Positions 9,882 to 21,083 of a stretch of 55,101 nucleotides of DNA are shown here, piece after piece. The first letter of the stretch is position 1; every line of letters begins with the position of its first letter. A model generated the notes under the pieces. The model was given only the letters and a program-made list of their open reading frames with translations. It did no database searches and was not told the origin of the DNA. Source of the stretch: a virus (taxonomy: Duplodnaviria; Caudoviricetes); IMG/VR virus record IMGVR_UViG_3300036770_003769, positions 1-55,101 of that record, one strand, 5' to 3'. Made by a program: the position numbers and the translations under genes.

Positions 9882-12575
9882 TTATCCCTTCGGTGTCGCA
9901 ATCGTGCGCATATCGAGAATAATTGGATACACAGTTGGATCTGTTGAAGTCATTGCAATTTTAATTGCAAAAGTCTTAAACTTACCGCCAATTGGATATG
10001 TTGTATCATTTTCAACATAACTCAATTCGCCTCTTTCGAGAGTTGGGCGATATTCAATTTGCACTGGAGTGAACAAATCCTTACTTGTGAAGTTTGTATA
10101 TTTGGTCATTATGCGCCAAGATTTATTTTGGAATGGATCTGGATCTTGAGCAGAAAGAACTTTATAGTACACATGAACATCAGTTCCTGGTGGTTTAATC
10201 ATGCGCAAGAATACGCGCATATCACCAGCATCAAATCCATCAGCAAGAACGATTTGCTTAGAAACATATTTGCTAAAGATGTTACCGCCTGTTCTACTTG
10301 TTTCACCAGCAACAACAGCAGTTGCCGTCGTGTTACCAGAGCCTACAGTTGGTGCGTCGATGGTAATTGTTGGTGTTGTAATATAACCAAATCCTGGGTT
10401 ATCAATTATAATGTGATCAACGGTATTTGATGATGCATTTCTTACTGCATATCCATTCGCACCAGTTCCATTACCATCAGCGTCCGTGATAGTTACATTC
10501 GCATTCGTCACATAACCAGTACCAGCGTTTGTGATTGATATTTTACCGTTTGAAATGCCAGCATTATTGATAACGTTACGCATTGCAATAACACCCAAAC
10601 GCTCACGATTCACAACAGGTGAAACGTCAGAGTCAGAAGTAGTCATTTCAAGTTGAACATTGATGCTTTGTTTTGAACCCGCACTCAATAAACGACGACG
10701 CGAGGAGGTTTTAATTGATGTGCTCAAATCACCACCAAAACTATAAAGTCTGTTTGGCGTAACAGTCACAAAGTCCGCATCAAATGCACCTGTGTTTGCA
10801 GATTTAGTTTTAATTTTGAAATCAATATCTGTAGTTGGGAAGTTAGATTGCGTTGAGTGCAAGAATAGACGATCCATCAATACCAATTTTGTTGGTGGAG
10901 TATGTTGGAAGCCTAGTCTTGCCACAATATCTTTCGAGAACACACATTTGTTGATAACGAACATCAAATCTTGATTCTGGTATGGCGTCCAAGTAGAAGC
11001 ATTTTGTGATCGGAAGAATGAGCCAACATATGGCTGTTCAGAAACTCTACGAGGTGGGTTTGCGCCAAGAATGTTCTGACCCAATTCAGAAATATAAACG
11101 TCATAATCTGGTGATTCGGATTGTACAATAACGGCATACTCAGTTTCAGGTAACAAGTATACTGGATCTCTGAAAGTGAATTTAGTTGATGTACTTGGAT
11201 CGTTTGCATCAGGAATATCTGAAGTTTTTACATCTTTCCATTCAACGACTGCAGTCGCCAAAACATTTTCAGTTGGGAAACCATTAAGAGTCGTTACAAT
11301 TCTGCAGCTGACTGGTAACTGTAATCGATCTACGCCACCTTCATCTTCTGCAGATTTTGGTTTTGCTTTAAAGAACAAATCAATGCTGCTTACGAAAATA
11401 CCGTAATTTTGTTTTGCACTCTTTGGTAGTGGAGTGAAGAACGTTTGTGCTACTGGATCTCTGCGGCGACGACGATTTGTCGTTGGCTGAGTTGTAGGTG
11501 GGGTAACAACTTGTGTTGGTGGCGTTTGTACAGGAGGAACAACAGTTTGTGTTACCAATCCCTGTGCAACATATTTTGCTGAAGCATAAAGACTATTGTC
11601 AATGTCTTTTGCTGATGTTTGATCAGTTATGACAAATAGTTTTTCGCCAGTCGTAAATTTAAAGTTTGGTGTTTCTGGAATATGGAAAATGCCAGAAAGT
11701 GTGGTATACTCGTCGACGGCGAGTTTACCGATTGAATACTTGGTATTTGTTGTAAACTCAATGGTTGGGGCAACATTTAAAACGAGTTCTGTGCCGTCAA
11801 TTACACTCTCAATTGTGCGAGCCTGACCCAATCCAGTTCCCGATGTGATATACACAACGTTACCAACAATAGAACTTGAAACATTTGTTGATGTAAATAA
11901 TGTTCTACTATTGCCACTATTTGCTCTAAACACAATACCCGAATTGTGCTGAGATGTTGCAATAGTTAGCGTATTTCCTGTTTCTGCAGATCTAATTACT
12001 TGTGAAGTTGCAAAACGATTATTCGCAACCACACTTGCAAGATTAGCAGAAAATGTGCTATTTAACTTGTATAGCGTACTGCGTGCATTTCCAACTGCCA
12101 CATTACCAGAAACAGGAGAAATTGCGAGAACAGAGTTTGCATGATCCCAATGCTCAACGCGACCAACAAAATCGCTGGTTGAATATAAATTGCTTGCGGC
12201 TGTAGAGGTTTGATAAACAATATCGTTAGCGACGAAATCTGTTGCAGTAAATGAACCAGCTGGCAAAGTCATATTTGCCGTCAAAAAGTTTTCATTTACA
12301 TAAAGAGTATTATTTGCTGTTGAAATTACTTTAGCATATGCTTTTGTGGTATTATTAATGATACCACCATTTTGCGCAAAGTTTGAACTCGCTACATTTT
12401 GCGACACAACAATTTTTGTTGGCTTTTGAACAAAATTATTTACTGAGGCGTCGTCGAAAAAGAAATTTACTTCTTTATCTGGTCGCAAATTTGTTGCGAC
12501 GAATAAAACCTCTCTTGCACGAACGAAAGGAATTACCTGTGCATTAACTAATGTTCTTTGTGCAGTGTCTGTCAT
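9882..12575 (-). CDS. VrlC/DUF4815-like large virion protein, C-terminal part
   Basis: IPFVRAREV..FFFDD, RDPVAQTFF, SSIDLFFK, PYVGSFFRSQNASTWT and FKTFAIKI...DMRTIA motifs. Confidence 0.75.
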   Translation of the reverse strand: MTDTAQRTLVNAQVIPFVRAREVLFVATNLRPDKEVNFFFDDASVNNFVQKPTKIVVSQNVASSNFAQNGGIINNTTKAYAKVISTANNTLYVNENFLTANMTLPAGSFTATDFVANDIVYQTSTAASNLYSTSDFVGRVEHWDHANSVLAISPVSGNVAVGNARSTLYKLNSTFSANLASVVANNRFATSQVIRSAETGNTLTIATSQHNSGIVFRANSGNSRTLFTSTNVSSSIVGNVVYITSGTGLGQARTIESVIDGTELVLNVAPTIEFTTNTKYSIGKLAVDEYTTLSGIFHIPETPNFKFTTGEKLFVITDQTSAKDIDNSLYASAKYVAQGLVTQTVVPPVQTPPTQVVTPPTTQPTTNRRRRRDPVAQTFFTPLPKSAKQNYGIFVSSIDLFFKAKPKSAEDEGGVDRLQLPVSCRIVTTLNGFPTENVLATAVVEWKDVKTSDIPDANDPSTSTKFTFRDPVYLLPETEYAVIVQSESPDYDVYISELGQNILGANPPRRVSEQPYVGSFFRSQNASTWTPYQNQDLMFVINKCVFSKDIVARLGFQHTPPTKLVLMDRLFLHSTQSNFPTTDIDFKIKTKSANTGAFDADFVTVTPNRLYSFGGDLSTSIKTSSRRRLLSAGSKQSINVQLEMTTSDSDVSPVVNRERLGVIAMRNVINNAGISNGKISITNAGTGYVTNANVTITDADGNGTGANGYAVRNASSNTVDHIIIDNPGFGYITTPTITIDAPTVGSGNTTATAVVAGETSRTGGNIFSKYVSKQIVLADGFDAGDMRVFLRMIKPPGTDVHVYYKVLSAQDPDPFQNKSWRIMTKYTNFTSKDLFTPVQIEYRPTLERGELSYVENDTTYPIGGKFKTFAIKIAMTSTDPTVYPIILDMRTIATPKG

Positions 12576-12590
12576 TTTATTTGTACCTTA

Positions 12591-13310
12591 TTATACTCTA
12601 TCGTAACGATATCTTAAAAAATCCGTATCAATTGAACGACCACTTTGCGCTGCTGTTCTTCTTGAGGCATCAATACCTAAAGAATTCTCAATCACATTAA
12701 CGTCAACACCTTGACCAGATTTAGGTTGGTTATCCGTAGATGTACCGAAAAATTCAACTAACGAAGATATTGGACGCTGACCATCAACTGTTCTTGTAGT
12801 ATCAATAGTTGAAGCTGGCTCACTATTTAGAACTCCCCAAACACTTTCTTCTGAAGAATCAGCCAAAGTTGGTACATTTGTACCTGAAGTTGACGAAATA
12901 AGCGCGCCAGTAAATTGTGCAGCATTAATTGGAACGAGAGAGGACAATAGCAAATCGTTTGAGAAGTTTACTGGCAATATTGTAGAATTCAAAACACCTG
13001 GTTGAGTTGCCGCACCAACTAAATTATTCAAACCTTGAGTGTCTCCACTTTGATTTGTTGTAGTCGGTACGAGTTTATCCGAAACGAAGAAGTCACTTTC
13101 TGGATTCAATCTCAATTCACCTTCAAACCGAGCAAACTCGTAAGGCTGAACCGAAATGGCTTTTGTTGCAGTAACTTGCGAAACTGCAATTTCTTCAGTA
13201 AAATCTAAAGTAATGGTTTTATCGTTAATTCGATAACCACTCGTTCCTGAAATAGCGGATGTAAAAATTAATTCTAATGGAACTTTTTCAACATATGGTC
13301 CTAATGCCAT
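12591..13310 (-). CDS. VrlC/DUF4815-like virion protein, middle part
   Basis: ITLDFTEE...SQVTATKAISVQPYEF..FEGELRLNPESDFF resembles the internal segment of the normally fused protein; own GGGAG RBS. Confidence 0.65.
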   Translation of the reverse strand: MALGPYVEKVPLELIFTSAISGTSGYRINDKTITLDFTEEIAVSQVTATKAISVQPYEFARFEGELRLNPESDFFVSDKLVPTTTNQSGDTQGLNNLVGAATQPGVLNSTILPVNFSNDLLLSSLVPINAAQFTGALISSTSGTNVPTLADSSEESVWGVLNSEPASTIDTTRTVDGQRPISSLVEFFGTSTDNQPKSGQGVDVNVIENSLGIDASRRTAAQSGRSIDTDFLRYRYDRV

Positions 13311-13321
13311 TTTAAACTCCC

Positions 13322-16300
13322 TTACTCAATCGACGCTAAGAAGTCGTCGCTGGTAATATCTGCCGTTAAGAAACCTTCAAATGTGTCAACTACGATACCA
13401 TACTTTTCTTTCTCTCTCAAATTATCTTCATAAAGAATAGCAGTATCAGAAGCAAGTGCTTCAATTTGTGTCAATGCAGTGTAATTTTCTAGCGATTCAA
13501 TTCTTTTTTCTAGAGTACCAATATCGCGCATTGTGTATCTTCTATTCTCAACATATTCAAGTTTAATCTCGGATACATTTGCAGCATATGCTGGAGAATT
13601 AATGACGTAAAGAGTCATTGCATCTTGAGAGTCTGATGGTGGCACAGGGGCAACCGAAGATACACCTCTTACAACTTTGAACTCTTTATCTTTAGTTAAC
13701 ATCAATTTATCAATTCTTGGTAGATAAAATTGATATGATAGTTCCATAACTTCAGATGGTTTCTGAACTCGGCTACCAATATATGTAAATGATGGTTGTC
13801 CTGGAGTTCTTGTAGGTCTGAAATCAACACAATCGCGAAGGTTATAATAACCACCGCTTTGACTATAATAAATTGGAATAGAACCAGATGCATACTCTGT
13901 AGCAGGATATGAATCCACATTGAAGTAACCTGACGAAGCACCAGCAGAGTGATCGTAGTATTTGCACAATACAACTAGCTGACCCTTTGGTGCGTTGTAT
14001 CCTGGTTTCAATATGATGCTTGCATGATCGTAGAAGTTGTCTCTTTGACCGCCATCTAGATAATAATAATTTGTGATATCAATTGCGTTATCTACGTTTG
14101 GTGCGTAATTAATGTCTCCAGAGTCGTAAATCTTAATGATTTGAAGAACGTCTGGTACATAAAGGCTCATTGGTACGCCAGGTTCTGTTTCAATAACGCC
14201 AGCGCTGGTAAACCAAATATGTCCACGTGAACCGTCAATCTTCACAGAGGCGCCAATTGGTGCGCCGACTGAAGATCCATTAGATGGCGTATCAGAAGCA
14301 GTCAAAACTGTATTTGATGTGTTACCTACGACAGTTTTACGACGACGAGCAACAGATTCTGTTTGTGTGTCGTCAACTTTAACTGTTAAGATAACATCAG
14401 CCGTAATTGCTGCTCCAGCGCCAGTGTATATCGTAATTGATTTTTCGTTTGTCTGAAATACGCCAGTCGATCCTGTTGTGAGATCGACAATCGCTCCATT
14501 TGAGTATGTTGTTGATCCTGTGTTGCTGCGAACAATTACGACAAGATCAGTATTTGCTTGAGTGTCGGAAACAAATGAACCAGTTCTGCCGAAAGTAAAT
14601 GATTCGCCAGTTGATAGATGTCCGCCACCATCAGACAAAGTTATTTGACCATTACTTGTGAATGTAAGATTGGTTAGAACTTTGCGATGGTAATAGTCTG
14701 CGTTTGTGATAGATCCATTCGCAAGATAATTTTGACCCAAACGGAACACCATTGTATTCAAATTGGTATCAGTCAAATAGGTATTGCTTGTTGAATCTTT
14801 ACTGTCTGGGTGTATATCCATGCTAGCATAAACGCTAGTTATTGAATTCCAATTATCGTCCGTTGCTGATGGTGCATACATCACAGAATCGAGATCTTTA
14901 ATTGCAAAATCTATTCTTGCAGTTCCGCTTGGAACAGAAGTAAATGGTGGAGAAACTGTAGCAACTTTAGTGCTACCAACATAATTTGTAATCACACGAC
15001 TGTCGCCAGTAGAAGAAACCGTTACAACTGCATTTGTGTATGCATTATTGTACTGTGAATATTCGTTTGGTAAAGTGATTGTTGATAATGTACCACTTAC
15101 AGTTGTAAATGACAATGGTTGAACGTTTGCATCGCAAATGTATAGTAAATATGATGTTGATGATTCGCGATCAAAATTGCGTACTTTGGCAGTACCAATC
15201 TTCGTATTTGAATATGTTCCATATGAGAATCGATCAACATTTGCACTATCTACACAGTGCAAATCAATTGTTGGTAGAGAGAAGTTAAAGAACCCTTGAT
15301 TACTTGATTGCACATTTGCAACATACAAATAATTGCCATATTCGATGTTTAAATCAAAATCAGTAGAGGTTTGCTTGTCGCGAGCCTTTGTTGCAAGTAA
15401 TTGCGTTGCACCAATTGTCTCAAATTCGAATCCTTTAACGTATGCTTTACCTGGCGCCAAATTAATAATATATGTGTTACCAGTAGCATCTTTCGTATTC
15501 GCCGTGAGAGTTGCGCGAAAATTACGAACTGTATAATCGCCTGATTCGTCAAACGTACGACGAGCAAGGTTTTCTTCTAGTTTGTTGTAGATTGCATTAT
15601 CGGTTCTGCGAGTCCAAGTACCATTCTCAATACGACCCAATTCAAAGAAACTTAGATCGTCAGAGGAAGATAAATTTCGTTTTGTCAAACGCAAACCAAA
15701 CTTATAGCGATTGGCGCCTGGTGCTTGGAAATTTGCAGACTCAACAGCAGGATCTAATAAGGTAGAATCTTGCGATGCAGTTACAATGCTATCGTCAATC
15801 TCCAAACCTATTCTATAGTTCGGTGATGTGCCGTATGCATCAAGTGGGATAGTGGATGGCGCAACCATGACGAAATAACCATCAACATAAAATACACCTT
15901 CGCCAACGCTCAATACGCTACTTTTACCGATTGGGTCTGTAGTTGTTGCGATAGTTGCTTGGAATCTAGAGGTGTCAATACCAGTTGTTGCAATAGTTTG
16001 ACCGCTTGTAAATGCACCAGAGAGCATCTTAACGATAAGAGTTGGAAAACTTCCTGCTGCAGTTGAACTAAATGATGTGAGTACAGTCGCAGTCGTTCTA
16101 CCGTCTGGACTTACGATCTTACGACCAATAAAATTATCTAAATCGACATCTTCGTTTCCGAAGATTGGCAACAATTTAATATATGTGACGTTAGTTGTGT
16201 CTAGAGTTAATTCACCGCCGATAACTGGACTGCCGTCTTTAAAGATATGATCGCCGAACTTACGAATTTGATCGTGAATGATCGTTTGTATTTGCGTTAG

Positions 16301-16417
16301 TTCGCGCGCTTGTACGGGATATTCTGGACGAAAAAGAATTCGGACATAGTTATTGTCTTCGTCAAAATCGTCGAAGTATGGAGTAGAATTAAAAGTTTGC
16401 GCGTCAACCCTTGCCAT
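13322..16417 (-). CDS. VrlC/DUF4815-like large virion protein, N-terminal part
   Basis: PYFDDFD...RILFRP.YPVQARELTQIQT, LARRTFDESGDYTV, PGKAYVKG and NRRYTMRDIG motifs. Confidence 0.8.
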   Translation of the reverse strand: MARVDAQTFNSTPYFDDFDEDNNYVRILFRPEYPVQARELTQIQTIIHDQIRKFGDHIFKDGSPVIGGELTLDTTNVTYIKLLPIFGNEDVDLDNFIGRKIVSPDGRTTATVLTSFSSTAAGSFPTLIVKMLSGAFTSGQTIATTGIDTSRFQATIATTTDPIGKSSVLSVGEGVFYVDGYFVMVAPSTIPLDAYGTSPNYRIGLEIDDSIVTASQDSTLLDPAVESANFQAPGANRYKFGLRLTKRNLSSSDDLSFFELGRIENGTWTRRTDNAIYNKLEENLARRTFDESGDYTVRNFRATLTANTKDATGNTYIINLAPGKAYVKGFEFETIGATQLLATKARDKQTSTDFDLNIEYGNYLYVANVQSSNQGFFNFSLPTIDLHCVDSANVDRFSYGTYSNTKIGTAKVRNFDRESSTSYLLYICDANVQPLSFTTVSGTLSTITLPNEYSQYNNAYTNAVVTVSSTGDSRVITNYVGSTKVATVSPPFTSVPSGTARIDFAIKDLDSVMYAPSATDDNWNSITSVYASMDIHPDSKDSTSNTYLTDTNLNTMVFRLGQNYLANGSITNADYYHRKVLTNLTFTSNGQITLSDGGGHLSTGESFTFGRTGSFVSDTQANTDLVVIVRSNTGSTTYSNGAIVDLTTGSTGVFQTNEKSITIYTGAGAAITADVILTVKVDDTQTESVARRRKTVVGNTSNTVLTASDTPSNGSSVGAPIGASVKIDGSRGHIWFTSAGVIETEPGVPMSLYVPDVLQIIKIYDSGDINYAPNVDNAIDITNYYYLDGGQRDNFYDHASIILKPGYNAPKGQLVVLCKYYDHSAGASSGYFNVDSYPATEYASGSIPIYYSQSGGYYNLRDCVDFRPTRTPGQPSFTYIGSRVQKPSEVMELSYQFYLPRIDKLMLTKDKEFKVVRGVSSVAPVPPSDSQDAMTLYVINSPAYAANVSEIKLEYVENRRYTMRDIGTLEKRIESLENYTALTQIEALASDTAILYEDNLREKEKYGIVVDTFEGFLTADITSDDFLASIE

Positions 16418-16429
16418 CTTATGTTACCC

Positions 16430-18031
16430 TTATTGAATTTTTACAATTAGTCTAATATTTTCAGCTTGCTGATCGTCACGAACTACTGTACAACGATTAT
16501 CGACATATAATAGTCTACCAGTAAATGGCGATACTTCAGTATCCTCTTTCGTTACAATGGAAGTTTTCGTTCCAGTAGTCGCGCCAATAACTGCGCTATT
16601 GAAGTTTGGCGTACCACGTGTATTATTCAAATGTAACGTTTTTGTATCAAAATCCCAATGAACGACTGTGCCAGTAAATTCTGAATTTGCAAGTTCAGAA
16701 CCTTGATAAACAGTTTCGTCCAAATCATATTTATTGCCTGACGGAGGAGTGGTTACGTTCAATTTTGTTGTTGTAGAATACACAAAATCGTTAGCAAAAG
16801 CCGCAGTAGAAGGATAAAGTCTTGGGTTGACAAGCAGCCCAATTTGACGATAATCAAGTTTTTCAGAACCCGAAATCGTAGGTATTTTACCACCTTCATC
16901 GCCGTCTAATTCGACCGCAAACATAACGTGCGAGGCTCCAAGTTCATAAACTGGATCCGACCCATGACCATTTGTTGGTGGAATTGAGACATCAAACTCA
17001 GCATTCGCGCCAGTCGCGCCTGTGTCGTTTATCGTAACGTTAGCGTAAGAGTAACCTGAACCGCCGTTTAAAATATTCAAATCTGTAATAACACCACTTT
17101 CAACTTTTGCCGTAACATTTGCCCCAGTTCCGTCTCCAGTTATTACAACAATTTGAGCAGAGTTACTGTTACCGCTGCTGATATAGCCCGTACCGCCATC
17201 TACAATTCGAATGATATCGATCGCACCAACGGCAGCTGATCTTGCTACAATAGTATCTGTAAGAACTGGCATCCAATCCTTACTCATAAACTTTATCTTC
17301 TTACTGGCTGGAATTGTATACAAATATTTCCATTTATAACCATCGGATAGTTCGATAAATGGTTCTTCAGGTAATTGACCTGCAACCGTAATTTCTGGTT
17401 GAATATCCGAGTTTGCACCACCATTATTGAATAAGCATTTAAAGACTTGATCTTTTGTGTTTCGCACATAAAACTTTTTAGCATAACGTGGCGAACTGTC
17501 GGTGATCTTATAAACCAGATTAGATGTGATGTTTGAGGAGCTAAACTGTGTGTTAACTGTTAAGTATGTGTTATTGCTTACGCTCACAACTTCACGAGCG
17601 ACGCCATTAATACGAATAATACTATTTGTGGAAACATTGGTGCTAAATTGAGTGTTACTACCAATTACGATCACCCCACTAGCCGCAACGTTGACTGTTC
17701 CTGGTAAAGTGTCAATTTTTACTGTAGTGAAAAGATCTACTTCATCATCATATTCATCATATGCTGTATTTGCTGTCCAATCTTCTCTTGGAATAACAAT
17801 TTGAATGTCTGATCCTGTGACTTTCTTTATCGCAATCATATCACGATAAATTTGATTCTCATATTCTGTAGTTTCTTGGGGAAGTTCAATCAAACTATCA
17901 GTTTCATCCCATTGCAATGGGCGACCAATAGTCACATAAGTGTTTGCCGTGGCACTCGCAAATACATTTGTGAATTGCTCCGCAAGTAATGCGCCAAAGT
18001 TCTTTAATAGTTTGCTACTGATGCTACTCAT
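16430..18031 (-). CDS. gp8: Baseplate wedge subunit gp8-like
   Basis: IPREDWT..T.YD, FYVRN..QVFKCLFN, DGYKWKYLYTI, GHGSDP..ELG; synteny. Confidence 0.85.
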   Translation of the reverse strand: MSSISSKLLKNFGALLAEQFTNVFASATANTYVTIGRPLQWDETDSLIELPQETTEYENQIYRDMIAIKKVTGSDIQIVIPREDWTANTAYDEYDDEVDLFTTVKIDTLPGTVNVAASGVIVIGSNTQFSTNVSTNSIIRINGVAREVVSVSNNTYLTVNTQFSSSNITSNLVYKITDSSPRYAKKFYVRNTKDQVFKCLFNNGGANSDIQPEITVAGQLPEEPFIELSDGYKWKYLYTIPASKKIKFMSKDWMPVLTDTIVARSAAVGAIDIIRIVDGGTGYISSGNSNSAQIVVITGDGTGANVTAKVESGVITDLNILNGGSGYSYANVTINDTGATGANAEFDVSIPPTNGHGSDPVYELGASHVMFAVELDGDEGGKIPTISGSEKLDYRQIGLLVNPRLYPSTAAFANDFVYSTTTKLNVTTPPSGNKYDLDETVYQGSELANSEFTGTVVHWDFDTKTLHLNNTRGTPNFNSAVIGATTGTKTSIVTKEDTEVSPFTGRLLYVDNRCTVVRDDQQAENIRLIVKIQ

Positions 18032-18037
18032 TCTTTT

Positions 18038-21000
18038 TTAAGCCCCAGGAATAATTTTATAATCTACGTCTGTGTATATTGGAGAAATTATATACACTTT
18101 ACTATTTCCTTCCAGATCTGTAAATACAGTATTGCATGTCACCCTATTTGTAACGTCATTAATCGTTTCAATTTCGGCGATAACTACCGTTCCACTATTG
18201 CTATTTGCTGTATTGGCGACATTTACACTAATTAAGTCGCCAATTTGCAAGAATGAACTTAATTCTATTGTTGTATCAAATACAGTTACAACATTTGAAT
18301 TGGTTGTAACGTTTGCGCGTCCAAACCCAACGAACGAAAGATTACTTTCCAAAACGATAGAAGTATCTGTAAGAATATCAGTAATGTATTTAGATTGCTC
18401 TCTATAACTGTTTCCAGTATCGATAACTAAAATGTCATTTGCATTTGCAGTCGTTAGGAATGAGGTTCCATTTCCAGATACTGCGGCTGAGTCGGCTGCA
18501 ATGTTTATCGTTCCAACAACTGCTGCAATAGTTACAACATTTAAACTTTCTTCTTTTGCCAACACATTCAATTGTTTATCGACATTATACTGTCCGAATA
18601 GAATTTGACCTGCAGGATGAAGAGTATTTAAGACGACATTTCTGTACGCATCTAACTGCTTATCTGTTGCAATTACATACGAATAATCATTATATTTTCT
18701 AGGACCTTGCAATCGCTTACCCGAACTCAAGAATCCATCTGTATTGAAGAAATAACCGTCATATTGAATCACACCGTTTGCAAAGAATGCATTTGCTTTA
18801 GCGCGACCATCACCGTAGGTTATAACTTTATATGTTCCATTTGCATATTGAGCGACATTAAAGGTAACATTTGAATCTGCCCTTACATTTGCAGTTGTAA
18901 ATGTATTTTGAACGTTAAGAGTTCCTGCATAGTTGTAAAGACGAAGCATAGCGTTTGCTTCATCATAACTATCAATTAATGCAGTAAAGTCGATGCTGGC
19001 GCCAGTATTTTGCCAAACTCTCTCACCAGATACAATGATCTTGTCAATTGCATCAGATGGGTTGACGTATATGTCTTTTACTTTCAATGAGACGTTTGGT
19101 GTTGCAATATAATCAAATCCACGCTGAACAATACGGAAATCTTCAATTACACCATTATCATCAACCGACGTATTTGCAATTTCGTTGTTACTTAAGATAC
19201 CAGCGATCAAAACTGCATTAGCCCCGCCAGTTGTTTGAACTGAAACGTTTGGAGCAAGATAATAACCCTCTCCACGTTCAGTTACTGTGATTTCAGTAAT
19301 GTCGCCTACACCACCAACTGCAGAAACGTGAGCATTTGCACCATAACCAACAGAAGTTGAACTATTGAATAAAATTAAATCGTTGACAGCATAACCAGTA
19401 CCGCCAGAAATAATTCTGACGTTGGCAATTTGACCCAGATCCTTCATTCTTGGGCGATTTTCGATGTAAACCTTTACATTTTCTGTGATGAGAGCAGAAA
19501 ATGGTAAATCTACCACAAGCAATACTGATCCATCTTCTTGCGTCAATGCTTGAACAATTTTACGCATTTCGCGCGTTGCGCGACTGTTCTTTTGTACAAT
19601 AAGAACATACGAACCTTCGTAATACTCGACTGGAGAAGTCGACAAATATAATGAACGTGTGTTTGGACCAGCGAGAGGAGTTGTGTCAATTGAAATCATC
19701 ACATCTTCATCAGCAACTAAATCGCTCGCATAGAACGTTTCAAATTCGATTGCTGGAGGACCAGCATATCCTGAACCGCCTTGACGAACTGTAACTACTC
19801 TAAGCGGAGCAACTTCTACGTCTGAGAATGAGAATGCTTGACCAAGAGTTGTTGCAATTGTTGAAGTTCCAATATTGACAAATCCAAAATCAGCAGCTTG
19901 CAATTCTGTATCTTTCTTAAATCCAATTGTGTCGGTATTGAGAGAAAGCGTTACGGCATTATCCGTATCAACTGCTCTCACAAAGATATTTGCGCCATGC
20001 CCTTCTGTTGGTGTTAATGTTGTGACGAATGTTCCAGTAAATGTTCGATAACCCAAGCCAGCATCAATCAAATCTACAGTTTCAATACCGCCTGTGCTTA
20101 CATTTTTAACATAGGCTTCCGCTTTAATTGCATCTGGCGTTTTTGCTAAACCGCCATAAAACACAACTGGGTCGCCTGGATATGAAATTGCATTTGTATC
20201 TGGGTCAATCTCTAAGCCGCGATATTTGGTTCCTCTTCGGTTTGGATCTACTTTAAGGTCGTAGATAGAACCAATCAATTCTTCGCTGATAGTAAATGTC
20301 TCTTCACCATCAACATAAGTTGTTGTGACTGTTTCTCCAGCAAAGAAGGGGCGGTTTTTTTCGTCGTCTTTACTTGAGATAAAAATTTCTAAAATTTGTC
20401 TGCCCGAGTCACGATCGATAGTTTTATAGGCACCTTCAATGATTCGACTTGCTTTTGACAATTCGCCTGTGAGAACTCTACCTCTCAATAGAGTTGTATC
20501 AATTGCAAATAATGTATTTGATGCAGTCAATCTAACTGCTTGAGGAAGAATCCATTTGCCGTGAGATGTTTTTAATATATCATCTCTTGGACTATAAAGA
20601 TCTATATTTGTATTGAATAATGATCGAAACAAAAACGCATATGATAAGTTTGGCTGAGTTCGTAAAGAATTAATCTGTTTTGCTAGTTTAGTTCTGTCGA
20701 GTGATTGTGACCCACAATCGTCAACCGCAAACTGTAAAGTGCCATCATCACGAACTGTTGTCGAAGATGTCGCAGTATTCGAAGTGCTTGTGTTCGATGA
20801 TGTGTTTGAGGAAGTATTTGAAGTTGGCGAATTAGGATTGCTAGGGTCTAGAGGAAAGTTTTGTAATTTAGATTTTGTAATCAATTCTTTAAATGCAGAT
20901 TCATCTAAATCGAATAGATCCTTTAACTTTTTATTATAATAAACAGTTCCACCAAGTTCTGAATCTTCTAACCATTCATAATATGCTTTTAAAAATTGTA

Positions 21001-21082
21001 CGAATTTAGGATGATCCTCTCCTACAAATGATGGCACTTGGGCATCAATTAAATTCGAAATATTTTCGTTCAGTTTTGCCAT
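18038..21082 (-). CDS. gp7: Baseplate wedge initiator gp7-like
   Basis: QVPSFV..DHPKFVQFLKAYYEWLE N-terminus and YNDYSYVI...LHPAG C-terminal motif; lies between gp6 and gp8. Confidence 0.7.
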   Translation of the reverse strand: MAKLNENISNLIDAQVPSFVGEDHPKFVQFLKAYYEWLEDSELGGTVYYNKKLKDLFDLDESAFKELITKSKLQNFPLDPSNPNSPTSNTSSNTSSNTSTSNTATSSTTVRDDGTLQFAVDDCGSQSLDRTKLAKQINSLRTQPNLSYAFLFRSLFNTNIDLYSPRDDILKTSHGKWILPQAVRLTASNTLFAIDTTLLRGRVLTGELSKASRIIEGAYKTIDRDSGRQILEIFISSKDDEKNRPFFAGETVTTTYVDGEETFTISEELIGSIYDLKVDPNRRGTKYRGLEIDPDTNAISYPGDPVVFYGGLAKTPDAIKAEAYVKNVSTGGIETVDLIDAGLGYRTFTGTFVTTLTPTEGHGANIFVRAVDTDNAVTLSLNTDTIGFKKDTELQAADFGFVNIGTSTIATTLGQAFSFSDVEVAPLRVVTVRQGGSGYAGPPAIEFETFYASDLVADEDVMISIDTTPLAGPNTRSLYLSTSPVEYYEGSYVLIVQKNSRATREMRKIVQALTQEDGSVLLVVDLPFSALITENVKVYIENRPRMKDLGQIANVRIISGGTGYAVNDLILFNSSTSVGYGANAHVSAVGGVGDITEITVTERGEGYYLAPNVSVQTTGGANAVLIAGILSNNEIANTSVDDNGVIEDFRIVQRGFDYIATPNVSLKVKDIYVNPSDAIDKIIVSGERVWQNTGASIDFTALIDSYDEANAMLRLYNYAGTLNVQNTFTTANVRADSNVTFNVAQYANGTYKVITYGDGRAKANAFFANGVIQYDGYFFNTDGFLSSGKRLQGPRKYNDYSYVIATDKQLDAYRNVVLNTLHPAGQILFGQYNVDKQLNVLAKEESLNVVTIAAVVGTINIAADSAAVSGNGTSFLTTANANDILVIDTGNSYREQSKYITDILTDTSIVLESNLSFVGFGRANVTTNSNVVTVFDTTIELSSFLQIGDLISVNVANTANSNSGTVVIAEIETINDVTNRVTCNTVFTDLEGNSKVYIISPIYTDVDYKIIPGA

Positions 21083-21083
21083 T

